From the NCBI GenBank assembly GCA_951406725.2, contig OX597815.1, positions 186,806,001-186,870,000 of the forward strand: a stretch of DNA of 64,000 nucleotides. Reading direction: 5' to 3'. The translations under genes and the position numbers were made by a program. The stretch is from Octopus vulgaris. Its lineage: Eukaryota. The notes beneath the pieces were generated by a model. The model was given only the letters and a program-made list of their open reading frames with translations. It was not told the origin of the DNA and did no database searches. This document shows, piece after piece, positions 53,471 to 64,000 of this stretch (position 1 is the first letter of the stretch; each line of letters begins with the position of its first letter).

Positions 53471-54662
53471 TGCAATGTGTTCCCATTTTCGCACCACTAT
53501 AATGTTCCTTCACTTCCTCTGACCCGGGAGCGTATACATCCTCTCCGAACCCTACAACATACATCCCTTCTTTAGTCTTACAGCGTGCACCCGCTTCCCT
53601 TAGAAGTAGAATGTGAGCGTCAGTCTCCCATTCCTTCAAAGTACGCACCTTTTTCAAAGCCCTACAACATGTGTCCCTCTCCAGTTCTTTATAACAACTT
53701 CCTCCAGCTATCATCATCTTTCTACTGATAAATGCAGTAGAAAAAATTGTAATTATCTTTCAGACAAACGAAAATATATAGTCTCTATGATCACCAAATG
53801 AATCTGTCTTGTCGCAAAATTGAAAGTATTCTGTACTAAATTTTTTCACCTGTTATAAAACCATTCTGCATTCTCGTCTGAAAAGGCCAACCAACTTTTG
53901 TTCTTCATCTTGTGTTCTAGTATGATCTTATCCTCTCATTATTCCTAAGTTTTTGCTGTTTTGGTTGGATTAAAAAATTTTGTCTAAGCTGTTTAGAATT
54001 TGTATGACATCCTAAGATTTGTATCGCTCGAAGCGATCACCGTTTGCTTAATGTATGACTCGGCCAGGACATCTTAATGCATTTAATAATAAAATATCTT
54101 GTGTTCGTTTAGTTGAGACTATTGACCTTGCTCAAGAGTAATGCTTTCTTTATATTCCAATAGAAATTTCTGTTGCATCTAATATGGCTTAACAACAGTT
54201 AAAGTAAACCTATGAAAAATTAATGCTATCAATGTAGTCACGTAAATTTCGGGAACCAAATCATCGGGGATATTTTAGGCTAATAATTATTATAAACTGA
54301 GAGCAAAGATGTTAAAAGAAATAACAAAAAATATAGTTTTTTAGAAAAGTGATCGAATAACATAAACAAGTCTTAACGATTTACAAGGCGTGTGTCCTTT
54401 CTCAAGGTATTGATCTCAAATGACACCAGACCGACTTAATTTTTCATCCACTCAGGTAGAAAAAAAAATTAAACTACGGAAATACCTGAGGTTGATTTTT
54501 TTTTTTCTGGTTTTCTGTATTGTTCATTTACAAATCATTGACCTAGATTTGATGTAATAAAGAAATATGACAACTTTGATATAATGGTTTCTGACTGAGG
54601 AACACAGCCAAGAGTTTTGAGAGGAAATGTTAGGCGATGTCATCAGCCACAATACTTGATTG

Positions 54663-55125
54663 CTCTTTTACTTGTTTCAGTCATTTAACTGTGGCCATGC
54701 TGGAGCACCGCCTTTAGTCGAGCATATCGACCCCAGGACTTATTTTTTGTAAGCCTAGTACTTATTCTATCGGTCTTTTATGCCGAACCGCTAAGTTACG
54801 GGGACGTAAACACACCAGTGTCGGTTATCAAACGATGTTGGGGGAACAAACACGGAGACAGAAACGTACATACATACATACGTACATACATACATACATA
54901 CATACATACATACATACATACATACATACATACATACATACATACATACATACATACATACATACGGGCTTCTTTCAGTTTCCGTCTACCAATCCACTCA
55001 CAAGGCTTTGGTCGGCCCGAGGCTATAGTAGAAGACACTTGCCCAAGGTGCCACGCAGTGAGACTGAACCATGAACCACGTGGTTCGTAAGCAAGCTACT
55101 TACCACACAGCCACTCCTACACCTA
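54663..55125 (-). mobile_element. SINE-A with internal (CATA)n, apparently nested in an old SINE-B
   Basis: Colinear; degenerate B-like sequence on both sides (about 54585-54660 and 55126-55260). Confidence 0.9.
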
Positions 55126-55464
55126 TTGGTAATTTATTTTGCCGACCCTCGAAGGATATAAGGTAATATTGACCTCGATGGGATTTGAACTTAGAACAAA
55201 TACGGAAATATATTTCCTCCGACTCTCTGACGGTTCCGGCGATTCGTAACCTTTACGACTTCAACATAACAACTAGATTACTTAAACATACTAATTTTAT
55301 GCCTACATTATCCTGGGGTGTGAGAGTGCATCTCTTGCTGAATTTTGGAACGTATTTTGGAACTAGGACTTTTCATCTGAGGTGAAAATCCCTTTTAGCT
55401 TATTCTATGTATGTATCCTGGTTTTGATTCCTCTTCTTTCACTATCTGTTCTTTCTTTTAAATA

Positions 55465-55670
55465 TTGGCTTCAAATTTCGGCACAAGACCAGCAAGTCGG
55501 GGTAAAGGTTAAGTCGATTACATCGATCCCAGTACTCGACTGGTGCTTATTTTATCGACACCAAAAGCATGAAAGACAAAGCCGACTTCGGTGGAATTCG
55601 AACTTCGAACATAAAAACGGATGAAATACCGCAAAGCATTTTGTCCGATACGCTAACAATTCTGCCACCT
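55465..55670 (-). mobile_element. Older SINE-B (B2 tail)
   Basis: TTCAAATTTCGGCACAAG tail and diverged core. Confidence 0.8.
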
Positions 55671-55772
55671 TCTTTCTTTTAAATATTATTTACACATTGC
55701 TTAACATCTTGCAATTTATGAATCCGTGCATTCGTAACCAGTTATCTCATAAACTAGAAATAATACACTTAA

Positions 55773-55827
<55 letters not shown>

Positions 55828-55829
<2 letters not shown>

Positions 55830-56140
55830 TGGAGGTGCAATGGCCCGGTGGTTAGGGCAGCAGACTCGCGGTCGGAGGCTCGCGGTTTCGATTCCCAGAC
55901 CGGGCGTTGTGAGTGTTTATTGAGCGAAAACACCTAAAGCTCCACGAGGCTCCGGCAGGTGGGGGCGACCCTGTTGTACTCTCGCCCTAACTTTCTCTCA
56001 CTCTTTCTTCCTGTTTCTTGAATAATGTTGCGATGGACTGGCGTCCCGTCCAGCTGGGGGGAACACATACGCCACAGAAACTGTGAAACCGGGCCCATAA
56101 GCCTGGCTAGGCTTGAAAAGGGCGCATAAATAAAAAAAAA
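55828..56140 (+). mobile_element. Chimeric SINE: C head/body + V-like block + tail 1
   Basis: 5' part matches 39253-39070; 3' part matches 230-330 and 18207-18283. Confidence 0.88.
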
Positions 56141-56176
56141 TACAATATATATGCCTATATCGTTACATAAACAATC

Positions 56177-56591
56177 TGGCGGCGAGCTGGCAGAAACGTT
56201 AGCGCGCCGGGCGAAATGCTTAGCGGTATTTCGTCTGTCGTTACGTTCTGAGTTCAAATTCCGCCGAGGTCGACTTTGCCTTTCATCCTTTCGGGGTCGA
56301 TAAATTAAGTACCAGTTACGCACTGGGGTCGATGTAATCGACTTAATACCAATGTCTGTCCTTGTTTGTCCCCTCTGTCTTTAGCCCCTTGTGGGTAATA
56401 AAGAAATAGGTATTTCGTCTGTCGTTACGTTCTGAGTTCAAATTCCGCCGAGGTCGACTTTGCCTTTCATTCTTTCGGGGTCGATAAATAAAGTACCAGT
56501 TTCGCACTGGAGTCGATGTAATTGACTTAATCCCTTTGTCTGTCCTTGTTTGTCCCCTCTATGTTTAGCCCCTTGTGGGTAGTAAAGAAAT
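56177..56591 (+). mobile_element. SINE-B dimer (head + two units) with TSD
   Basis: ATAAACAATCTGG on both flanks; junction AAAGAAATAGGTATTTCGTC at about 56400. Confidence 0.93.
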
Positions 56592-56834
56592 ATATATAAA
56601 CAATCTGGATTCCTGCTCCAAACTCCAGTTACTTCAAGTTTTATCCACTTTTTTCACTAAACAAACTCGAAAGTAGTTACATTCTCGCACATTCACAGAG
56701 AACCAGATACAATACATTCTCTTATACATTTTTTGCCTCGGTATTTAATCTTATTGTTCGTTCGTTTACTAATTTCCATACGGACGTCTTCCATGTATGA
56801 TTTGACAATTATTCATTAGATAGTTACAACGAGC

Positions 56835-57225
56835 CACTAAGGTTGGATGTACGTAGTTGCACGACCTGCTAAAAATAGAAGTTAAATCTTCCTCAAATCA
56901 CACGCTACTGCCTTAAAAGTGGAAAATATATAAAAAAAACTAATTAATCCTATACATCTAAAAATACAAGATGGTCGCGGCTGGAATGTCTTTGAGCATA
57001 AATTAGCTTCGTCAGAATTGAAATAGAACTAAACTACAAGAACTTGCGGTCAGATCCAAAGATGCTGCCATTATTGATTTTAGCTCAAAGTCAGACTTAC
57101 GATCAAAGGCTAGATCCCTTTTTTTTATTTCATGCTTAATGTATTTAATATATTATCAACGTCTCCTTTTATTTTTAACTCGTTATGATGAGATTTAAGG
57201 GAGATTTGATTATTATTTCCAGCAG
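56835..57225. repeat. Fragments of an old unclassified interspersed repeat
   Basis: CTCAAATCACAC and GATCAAAG..CCAGCCG.GACCATC-like blocks recur in both orientations near 18645-18800, 57720-57765 and 60425-60465. Confidence 0.45.
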
Positions 57226-57765
57226 CCATCTTTTTTTTTTTTTGCATGACGTTTTCAATATACAAACTTTGTGCTTACCAAACAATAAAGTATGTGTTAT
57301 AGGAAATATTTTCCCCTCTGGAAATATACTCTATACATATAATTCTATTTCCTGCGAAGTCGTATAAGAGATGTTCTGGTAAGTATTGCCTTGTATACTC
57401 TAGTTCTATTCATCTCTTAACTTCTTTAAGCAGGGGCAAAACTCTAACCAAAGAGCCATCTAGTTTATATTCTATTCAGATTAAGAATGGATTCCGATAA
57501 TACTAAATCTATTGGTTTCTTGGGAGTGCTTTCTTTTCCAACCAATGGTAGACATCAATCTTACAAAGAATATATTTCCTCTCATACATACAATTTAATA
57601 ATATTTGCAATAGATAAGAAGCTACGATCAAGCAGCCTCGTTGCATTTATTTTGCGGCAAATAGCACCGTATTTTCTACTGATTTATTTTGAACCTGTCC
57701 CTATGTGAGTACACTCTTTGCTAGAGATAACAACCAAATTTTTTTCAAATCACACTCCACTATCT

Positions 57766-58432
57766 TTTATCTTTCACTTGTTTCAGTCATTAGACTGCGG
57801 CCATGCTGGCACACTGCCTCGATGAATTTTCGGTCGAATACATTCACTCTAGTGCTTATTTTTTAGTGGAGGTACATGGCCTAGTGGTTAGAGCAGCGGA
57901 CTCGCGATCGAGGGATCGCGGGTTCGAATCTCAGACCGAGCGATGTGTGTGTTTATGAGCGAAATACCTAAGCTCCACGCAGCTCCGGCAGAAGGTAATG
58001 GCGAACTTCTGCTGACTCTTTCGCCACAACTTTCTCTCACTCTTTCCACCTGCATCTTGCAGCTCACCTGCGATGGACTGGCGTCCCGTCCAGGTGGGGA
58101 ACCTATACGCCAAGGAAACCGGGAAACCGGCCCTTATGAGCCAGGCACGGCTCGAGGAGAAACAAACAAACAAAACAATTTATTTTTTAAAGCTAACAGT
58201 TATTGCATCGGTCTCTTAATCGCTAGTTTACGGGGACGTAAATGTGTGTGTATGAGTATGTGTGTTGTTGTTGTTATGCGTGTGTGTACGATGGGCTTCT
58301 TTTACTTCCGTTTACAAAATACACTCACAAGGCTATAGTAGAAGACACTTGCCCAAGATTTCACACGGTGGGGCTGAACCCCGAACCATGTGATTTTGAA
58401 GCAAACACCTTACCACATAGTCCCACACCTGT
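57766..58432 (-). mobile_element. Old SINE-A interrupted by a C-type SINE
   Basis: Tail part 57766-57865; remainder 58185-58432. Confidence 0.75.
57866..58178 (+). mobile_element. SINE, C head (same type as 3677)
   Basis: TGGCCTAGTGG, GGTTCGAATC; TTATTTTTTA on both flanks. Confidence 0.92.
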
Positions 58433-58612
58433 CCAAACGAAATAAAAAAAAACCACATTGGATTTGTTGTTCTGGACATTCCATCATATTTTGGAGATGT
58501 TTTAATCGTAAAATTGTTGCGAATTTAATATCCTTGGTTTAAAAACATCGACACCGTTTAAACTTCAAAATCAAGTTTAATAAAACTCTCATTTATTTAT
58601 TGTATTAATATT

Positions 58613-58843
58613 TGTTTCTTTACTACCCACAAGGGGCTAAACACAGAGGGGACAAACAAGGACAGACAAACAGAATAAGTCGATTATATCGACCCCAGTG
58701 CGTAACTGGTACTTAATTTATCGATCCCGAAAGGATGAAAGGGAAAGTCGACCTCGGTGGAATTTGAACTCAGAACGCAACAGCAGACGAAATACGGCTA
58801 CGCATTTCGCCCGACGTGCTAACGTTTCTGCCCGCTCGCCGCC
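58613..58843 (-). mobile_element. SINE-B monomer (B1), ~17-bp TSD
   Basis: TTATTGTATTAATATTT on both flanks. Confidence 0.92.
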
Positions 58844-58927
58844 CTATTATTGTATTAATATTTACGTTGAACTTCACTTTCGATTGTAACACCCTTTCAT
58901 CCTTAATTATATCTCTTTCTCTTTTAT

Positions 58928-59112
58928 CTCTTTTACTTGTTTCAGTCATTTGACTGCGGCCACGCTGGAGCACCGCCTTTAGTCGAGCAAATCGACCCTG
59001 GGACTTATTCTATCGGTCTCTTTTGCCGAACCGCTAAGTAACGGGGACGTAAACACACCAGCATCGGTTGTCAAGCAATGCTAGGGGGACAAACACAGAC
59101 ACACAAACACAC

Positions 59113-59183
<71 letters not shown>

Positions 59184-59543
59184 TTAGGAATAAATCCAAA
59201 TTTACAGGAAAAAATCAGATTTAGGATTAAATCCAATTTTATAGTAAAATATTATATATTATTAGAGAAAAACATATTTTCAAAACAAACAAGGAAAGAC
59301 TTAATCAATACATAACAGGCTTCTTTCATCGTTTCCTTCAATAAGTCAGTTTCACCAAATCCACTCGACAAGGCATTGGTCGGCCCGGGCTTCTTTCAGT
59401 TTCCGTCTATCCACTCACAAGGCATTGGTCGGCCCGGGGCTAGAGTAGAAGACACTTGCCCAAGATGCCACGCAGTGGGACTGAACCCGGGACCATGTGG
59501 TTGGTTAGCAAGCTACTTACCACACAGCCACTCCTGCGCCTAT
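58928..59543 (-). mobile_element. SINE-A with an insert in its TA tract and a local duplication
   Basis: Colinear ends; foreign sequence at about 59180-59312. Confidence 0.9.
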
Positions 59544-59898
59544 AAGTGATAAATAATTATTTTATCTGAGTGAATTCCACTAGGATAAATTCAATACTCA
59601 TACCAGTCATGCACTGTGATCGATATTAAACTACCCCTAATCCTCTTCAAAAATTTGAGGCCTTGTGCCTATAGCAGAAAATACATTTGGTAAAACATGA
59701 AGACTACAGCCTCCCATTCTGTCTTGCCTACAAATTTGGGATTGTTTCGACGGTACTGTTTATTCGAATTTAACGGTTAACGTTTCAAAAATCGATGTTA
59801 CACATTTGTAATCAAGTTGATTGAGAACAAATGCTACAATATTCTTAATTAACATTGGTCATTAAATACAAGAACACCATCAAAATACCAGCACAAAT

Positions 59899-60250
59899 AT
59901 AGGAGTGGCTGTGTGTTAAGTAGTTTGCTTAACAGCCACATGGTTCCGGGTTCAGTCCCACTGCGTGGCACCTTGGGCAAGTGTCTTCTACTATAGCCTC
60001 GGGCCGACCAAAGCCTTGTGAGTGGATTTGGTAGGTGGAAACTGAAAGAAGCCCGTCGATAATATGTATATATATATATATATATATGTGCGTGTGTGTT
60101 TGTCTCCCTTGCATTGCTTGACAACCGATGCTGGTGTGTTTATGTCCCCGTCACTTAGCGGTTCGGCAAAAGTCCCGGGGGTCGAGTTGCTCGACTAAAG
60201 GCGGTGCTCCAGCATGGCCGCAGTCAAATGACTGAAACGAGTAAAAGAGT
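59899..60250 (+). mobile_element. SINE-A with internal deletion
   Basis: Colinear with other copies. Confidence 0.92.
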
Positions 60251-60470
60251 ATATACATTAAATTTAACTTGAATATAGTTAAGTTCGCTTATTTTTCATC
60301 ATTGTGTCTGCTACGTTCCTGCTTTTAGATTTACTGCAAGCAAATTGTTCTTTGAAAAGGAAAATCTGTGATTAATTCTAAAGTTTAAAAAACATTTAGC
60401 GCTACGTCACCGCAATTTAGAATCCCTATGGCCAAAAGCGTTCAACCGTATCCATCTCATCCGTTTTTCC

Positions 60471-60472
<2 letters not shown>

Positions 60473-60534
<62 letters not shown>

Positions 60535-60637
60535 TGTGTATACATACATATTCATACACACACACACACACATTAGAAAGGTTTGACGTATTTTCAATTT
60601 TTTTGTCTGTCTATATATCTGTATTTGTTTGTTTGTT

Positions 60638-60712
<75 letters not shown>
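60473..60712. repeat. Two (GT)n tracts with an intervening (CA)n
   Basis: Directly visible. Confidence 0.95.
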
Positions 60713-60713
<1 letters not shown>

Positions 60714-60995
60714 TTTAAATCAGAGTCAAATTTATGTGTAGCTTATTGAATATACCAATTCAGTATCAAACTGAAATAATTACTTCAGTCGATAAGATCG
60801 TCGAAACCAATAAAAGAAGTAAAGAACTGAATTGCTGAAACCAACTACAAGAATGATCGGAATAACTCACCGATCTAATCATTACTCACAAATGGCGTGT
60901 CGCTTGTTAATTTACAATAAACATATTTTTCTCATCGAGATAACAAAATGTAATTTTCTTAAAACGGAAAATATATTTGAAATTACGCTATGCCT

Positions 60996-61049
<54 letters not shown>

Positions 61050-61094
61050 TGTATGTACATATTTTCTATTTTCTATCCCTGTTTATTTTTGTAT

Positions 61095-61133
61095 TCTTTT
61101 CTGTCGAAGAGCGTAGGCTCGAAACGTAAAAGA
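61095..61133 (+). ncRNA. Minimal hammerhead-like motif (A6U variant) in an insert ending at (TA)n
   Basis: TCTTTT-CTGTCGA-A-GAGC-GTAG-GCTC-GAAA-CG-TA-AAAGA; stems I and II pair, but the core deviates at a conserved position. Confidence 0.5.
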
Positions 61134-61216
61134 TTTTCTCACTTCTCGAGCGTTAAACTAATACACCTGTTTCTTGTTTACACACCTGTCTTCGTCTTTT
61201 GTTTTTTGTAAATTCT

Positions 61217-61256
<40 letters not shown>

Positions 61257-61754
61257 GTGTGTGTGTATGTGTATCGTATGGAATTGGGAAGACCATAGTT
61301 TGAATGAGTACTCAATACACATTAGAAAGAGAGGATGTGTTTGTCAGTCTAAAAGGCCTTACGGGGAACTCATACGTTTCTGCATATCTAGGGACAATTA
61401 TGTACACATGTGTGTGTGTATGAGAGAGAAAGGGGGGATAAAGAGAAAGAGAGAAGGAGACAGTCAGACAGACAGACAAAGACTATTTCGATGGGTTTTC
61501 ACAGTTCCCTGCTACAATTCTCAACTCAAAAATTGAGACTACAAAAGAAAGCATTTTACTCATAGTGCCGCCCAGAACATAGCCCAGAAGCATGTGGAGC
61601 CAAGCAAACATTTTAACCACAGAGAAATTCCTGTGTCCTGACAATACGAAAAATTCACAAAGATTCAATTAGAAACACTTTTCTTACTAAACATTGAATT
61701 AGGAATTTATCAATTGGTGATTTGTTTCATTTACAGGTTCGAACAATTTCGCTA

Positions 61755-61806
<52 letters not shown>

Positions 61807-62456
61807 ACGCACGTGTCTATGTGCGTGTGTTGACATTCGAAAAATCATAGGGCCTTTATAACAACATCCAATTACACAGCAAAATCTCTAAGAGATAATT
61901 TCGGTGCAATTTGAAATTAATAAGTCAATTTTCCAACGTAAATAAAAATGCTCGATCAAAGCAATTTATTGGAAATAGAATATCGTTTGTTGTCTTTGCC
62001 TCGAGAATAGAAAAATGATGGGCGTTTTAATGGAAGTGCCCTAAGCGCTACTGTTGATTGTCACTGCACTGAAAGCTGATAAAATGCTACATTGTATGAT
62101 TATAAAATGATTAAGCCTATTTAATTGTATGTAAGCCGAACCAATATAGCAAGTAATTAAAGACACAGTTGCAACATATGGCTAATATTATATTTTCAGA
62201 GAAATAAGATTGGCCTATAACCTATATTAGCGTTCCAATGAGATTACTGAAACTGATGGGTTTTTTTTGTGTTGATCTGAATGGCAGTAGTTGAATAATT
62301 AAGGACGTACGGAAGATACGATAGGTCAAATGAAATAAAATGTGCGATAAATGATTGCCACATTGTAAAGGTAATCTTCTGTCTTTATTAGAAAGTTTAT
62401 AACAAAGTTATAAATAAAAAAAAGATATATACGCGTGTGTATGGATGTACGATATA

Positions 62457-62786
62457 GTGAAAGCGCGTGGCTTAGTGGTTAGGGCATTCAGCTCACGATT
62501 GTAAGGTCGTGAGTTCGATTCCAAGCGAAGCGTTGTGTCCTTGAGCAAGACACTTTATTTCATGTTTCTCCAGTCCACTCAGCTGGCAAAAATGAGTTGT
62601 ACCTGTATTTCAAAGGCCGGCCTTGTCACACTATGTGTCACGCTGAATCTCCCTGAGAACTACGTTAAGGGTACACGTGTCTGTGGATTGCTCAGCCACT
62701 TGCACGTTAATTTCACGAGCAGACTGTTCCATTGATCGTATCAGCTGGGACCCTCGTCGTCGTAACCGACGGAGTGCTCCTTTTTT
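62457..62786 (+). mobile_element. SINE, D head + CORE-like block + tail E, 12-bp TSD
   Basis: ATGTACGATATA on both flanks; B box GTTCGATTCC. Confidence 0.9.
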
Positions 62787-63051
62787 ATGTACGATATATA
62801 AATCGTGTATGTATGATATATAAATCTAACCAGTTCTATGACAACTAATTTCATAGCGTTTGAATGAGAATTCATCATCATAATCATCATCATCGTTCTT
62901 ATTGTTCGATCGTTTCTGGCTTGTACAGTATCGCTTCCTACAGCATCACCTGCCCTACCTCACTGTTCCTGAGGAATGTGCAGCATTGTGTGTGTTCTTG
63001 TTTTCTTAATGTTTGTATTGCATTGCTGTGTGTATAATATGCGTTGTGTTA

Positions 63052-63299
63052 AAGGCGGCGAGCTGGCAGAAACGCTAGCGCGCCGGGCGAGATGCTTGTT
63101 CAAATTCCGCCGAGGTCGACTCTGCCTTTCATCCTTTCGGGGTCGATAAATTAAGTACCAGTTACGCACTGAGGTCGATGTATTCGACTTAATCCGTTTG
63201 TCTGTCCTTGCTTGTCCCCTCTGTGTGTAGCCCCTTGTGGGTAGTAAAGAAATAGGTATTTCGTCTGTTTTTACGTTCTGAGTTCAAATTCCACCGAGG
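63052..63299 (+). mobile_element. SINE-B with head deletion and a partial second unit
   Basis: Junction AAAGAAATAGGTATTTCGTC at about 63246-63265. Confidence 0.9.
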
Positions 63300-63638
63300 C
63301 AGTTTTAAGGATGATGAGCAAAACATCCATGTTTCCAGAGATTAATTCTTCAAACACCCAAAGAATTCCTCTCAGTACATGGCTATGATGCTCCTCCACC
63401 TACTTCTGCTCGTGATCAGAGATGCGCATATCGTCAGCTGCTAAGGGACATGGTCAACTGGTTAAGGTCAAACAACTGACAAACAAATCTGTGGTATTGA
63501 GCAGAATATTTGCTGTAGCCTATCTTTTATACCAAGACAACAATGTACATGATAACACTTCCAATCAGTTAAGATCATAAGCTATGAGAGCCACTGACTG
63601 GTACCGCATCATTATTATTGTTGTTTTTGTTGTTACCG

Positions 63639-63642
<4 letters not shown>

Positions 63643-63704
<62 letters not shown>
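63643..63704. repeat. (ATT)n microsatellite
   Basis: Directly visible. Confidence 0.97.
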
Positions 63705-63706
<2 letters not shown>

Positions 63707-63990
63707 TCCGCCAAGGCCGACTTTGTCTTTCATCCTTCCAGGGTCGATAAAATAAGTACCAGTTGAGTATTGGGTCCGACTTACCCAACTCTCCTAAAAT
63801 TGCTGGCTTTGTGTCAAAACATGAAACTGTTGTTATTATAATAAAGTGGTGAGTAAGACGGATCCTTGGAATGTGGGACAAAATACCTAGTGGTGTTTCT
63901 TCCGGGACTTTACGATCTGAGCTCAATTCCTGTTGCTAAAATTAAGTACTTATCAAGCACTTGGTCAATGATATCAACTATCCCCCCACA
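63705..63990 (+). mobile_element. Two degenerate SINE-B pieces
   Basis: Core GACTTTGTCTTTCATCCTTCCAGGGTCGATAAAATAAGTACCAG, then a second decayed head. Confidence 0.7.
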
Positions 63991-64000
63991 CACACACAAA

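Noticed and set aside
55934-56323. Recurrent peptide WYLIYRPRKDERQSRPRRNLNS
   Set aside because: Antisense translation of the SINE-B core.
57868-57940. tRNA gene candidates at SINE heads (also 3679, 44765, 55829, 62459)
   Set aside because: A/B boxes are present, but I see no complete acceptor stem, and each continues into a SINE body or simple-repeat tail.
63305-63610. Block that looks like an interspersed repeat, with faint U2 snRNA resemblance
   Set aside because: Single copy in the window and the similarity is too weak; needs a database search.

Overview
AT-rich eukaryotic non-coding DNA. The SINE sequences match what I recall from octopod cephalopods (Octopus); this is an inference, not a database result. 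I cannot support any intact host protein-coding gene, and almost every ORF in the supplied track is a microsatellite or SINE read-through artefact. The window is a dense repeat mosaic. It holds three groups of tRNA-derived SINEs (called A, B and C/D here), five non-autonomous Helitrons plus a decayed Helitron Rep ORF, a tandem Helentron/HINE-type dimer, and MITEs with 8-bp or TTAA target duplications. It also holds a mariner relic, fragments of R4/Dong-like, RTE-like and Penelope-like (GIY-YIG) retroelements, and many microsatellites. The most interesting signals are four. (1) Several unrelated short inserts, three of them abutting (TA)n tracts, carry minimal hammerhead-ribozyme motifs of the Penelope type, and one has an inverted junction at the predicted cleavage site. 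(2) SINE-B copies repeatedly restart at one internal GGTATTTCG site, suggesting homology-primed self-insertion. (3) C/D SINEs shuffle heads and tails combinatorially. (4) An RTE fragment has twin-priming geometry. Coordinates were counted by eye and may be off by a few bases.
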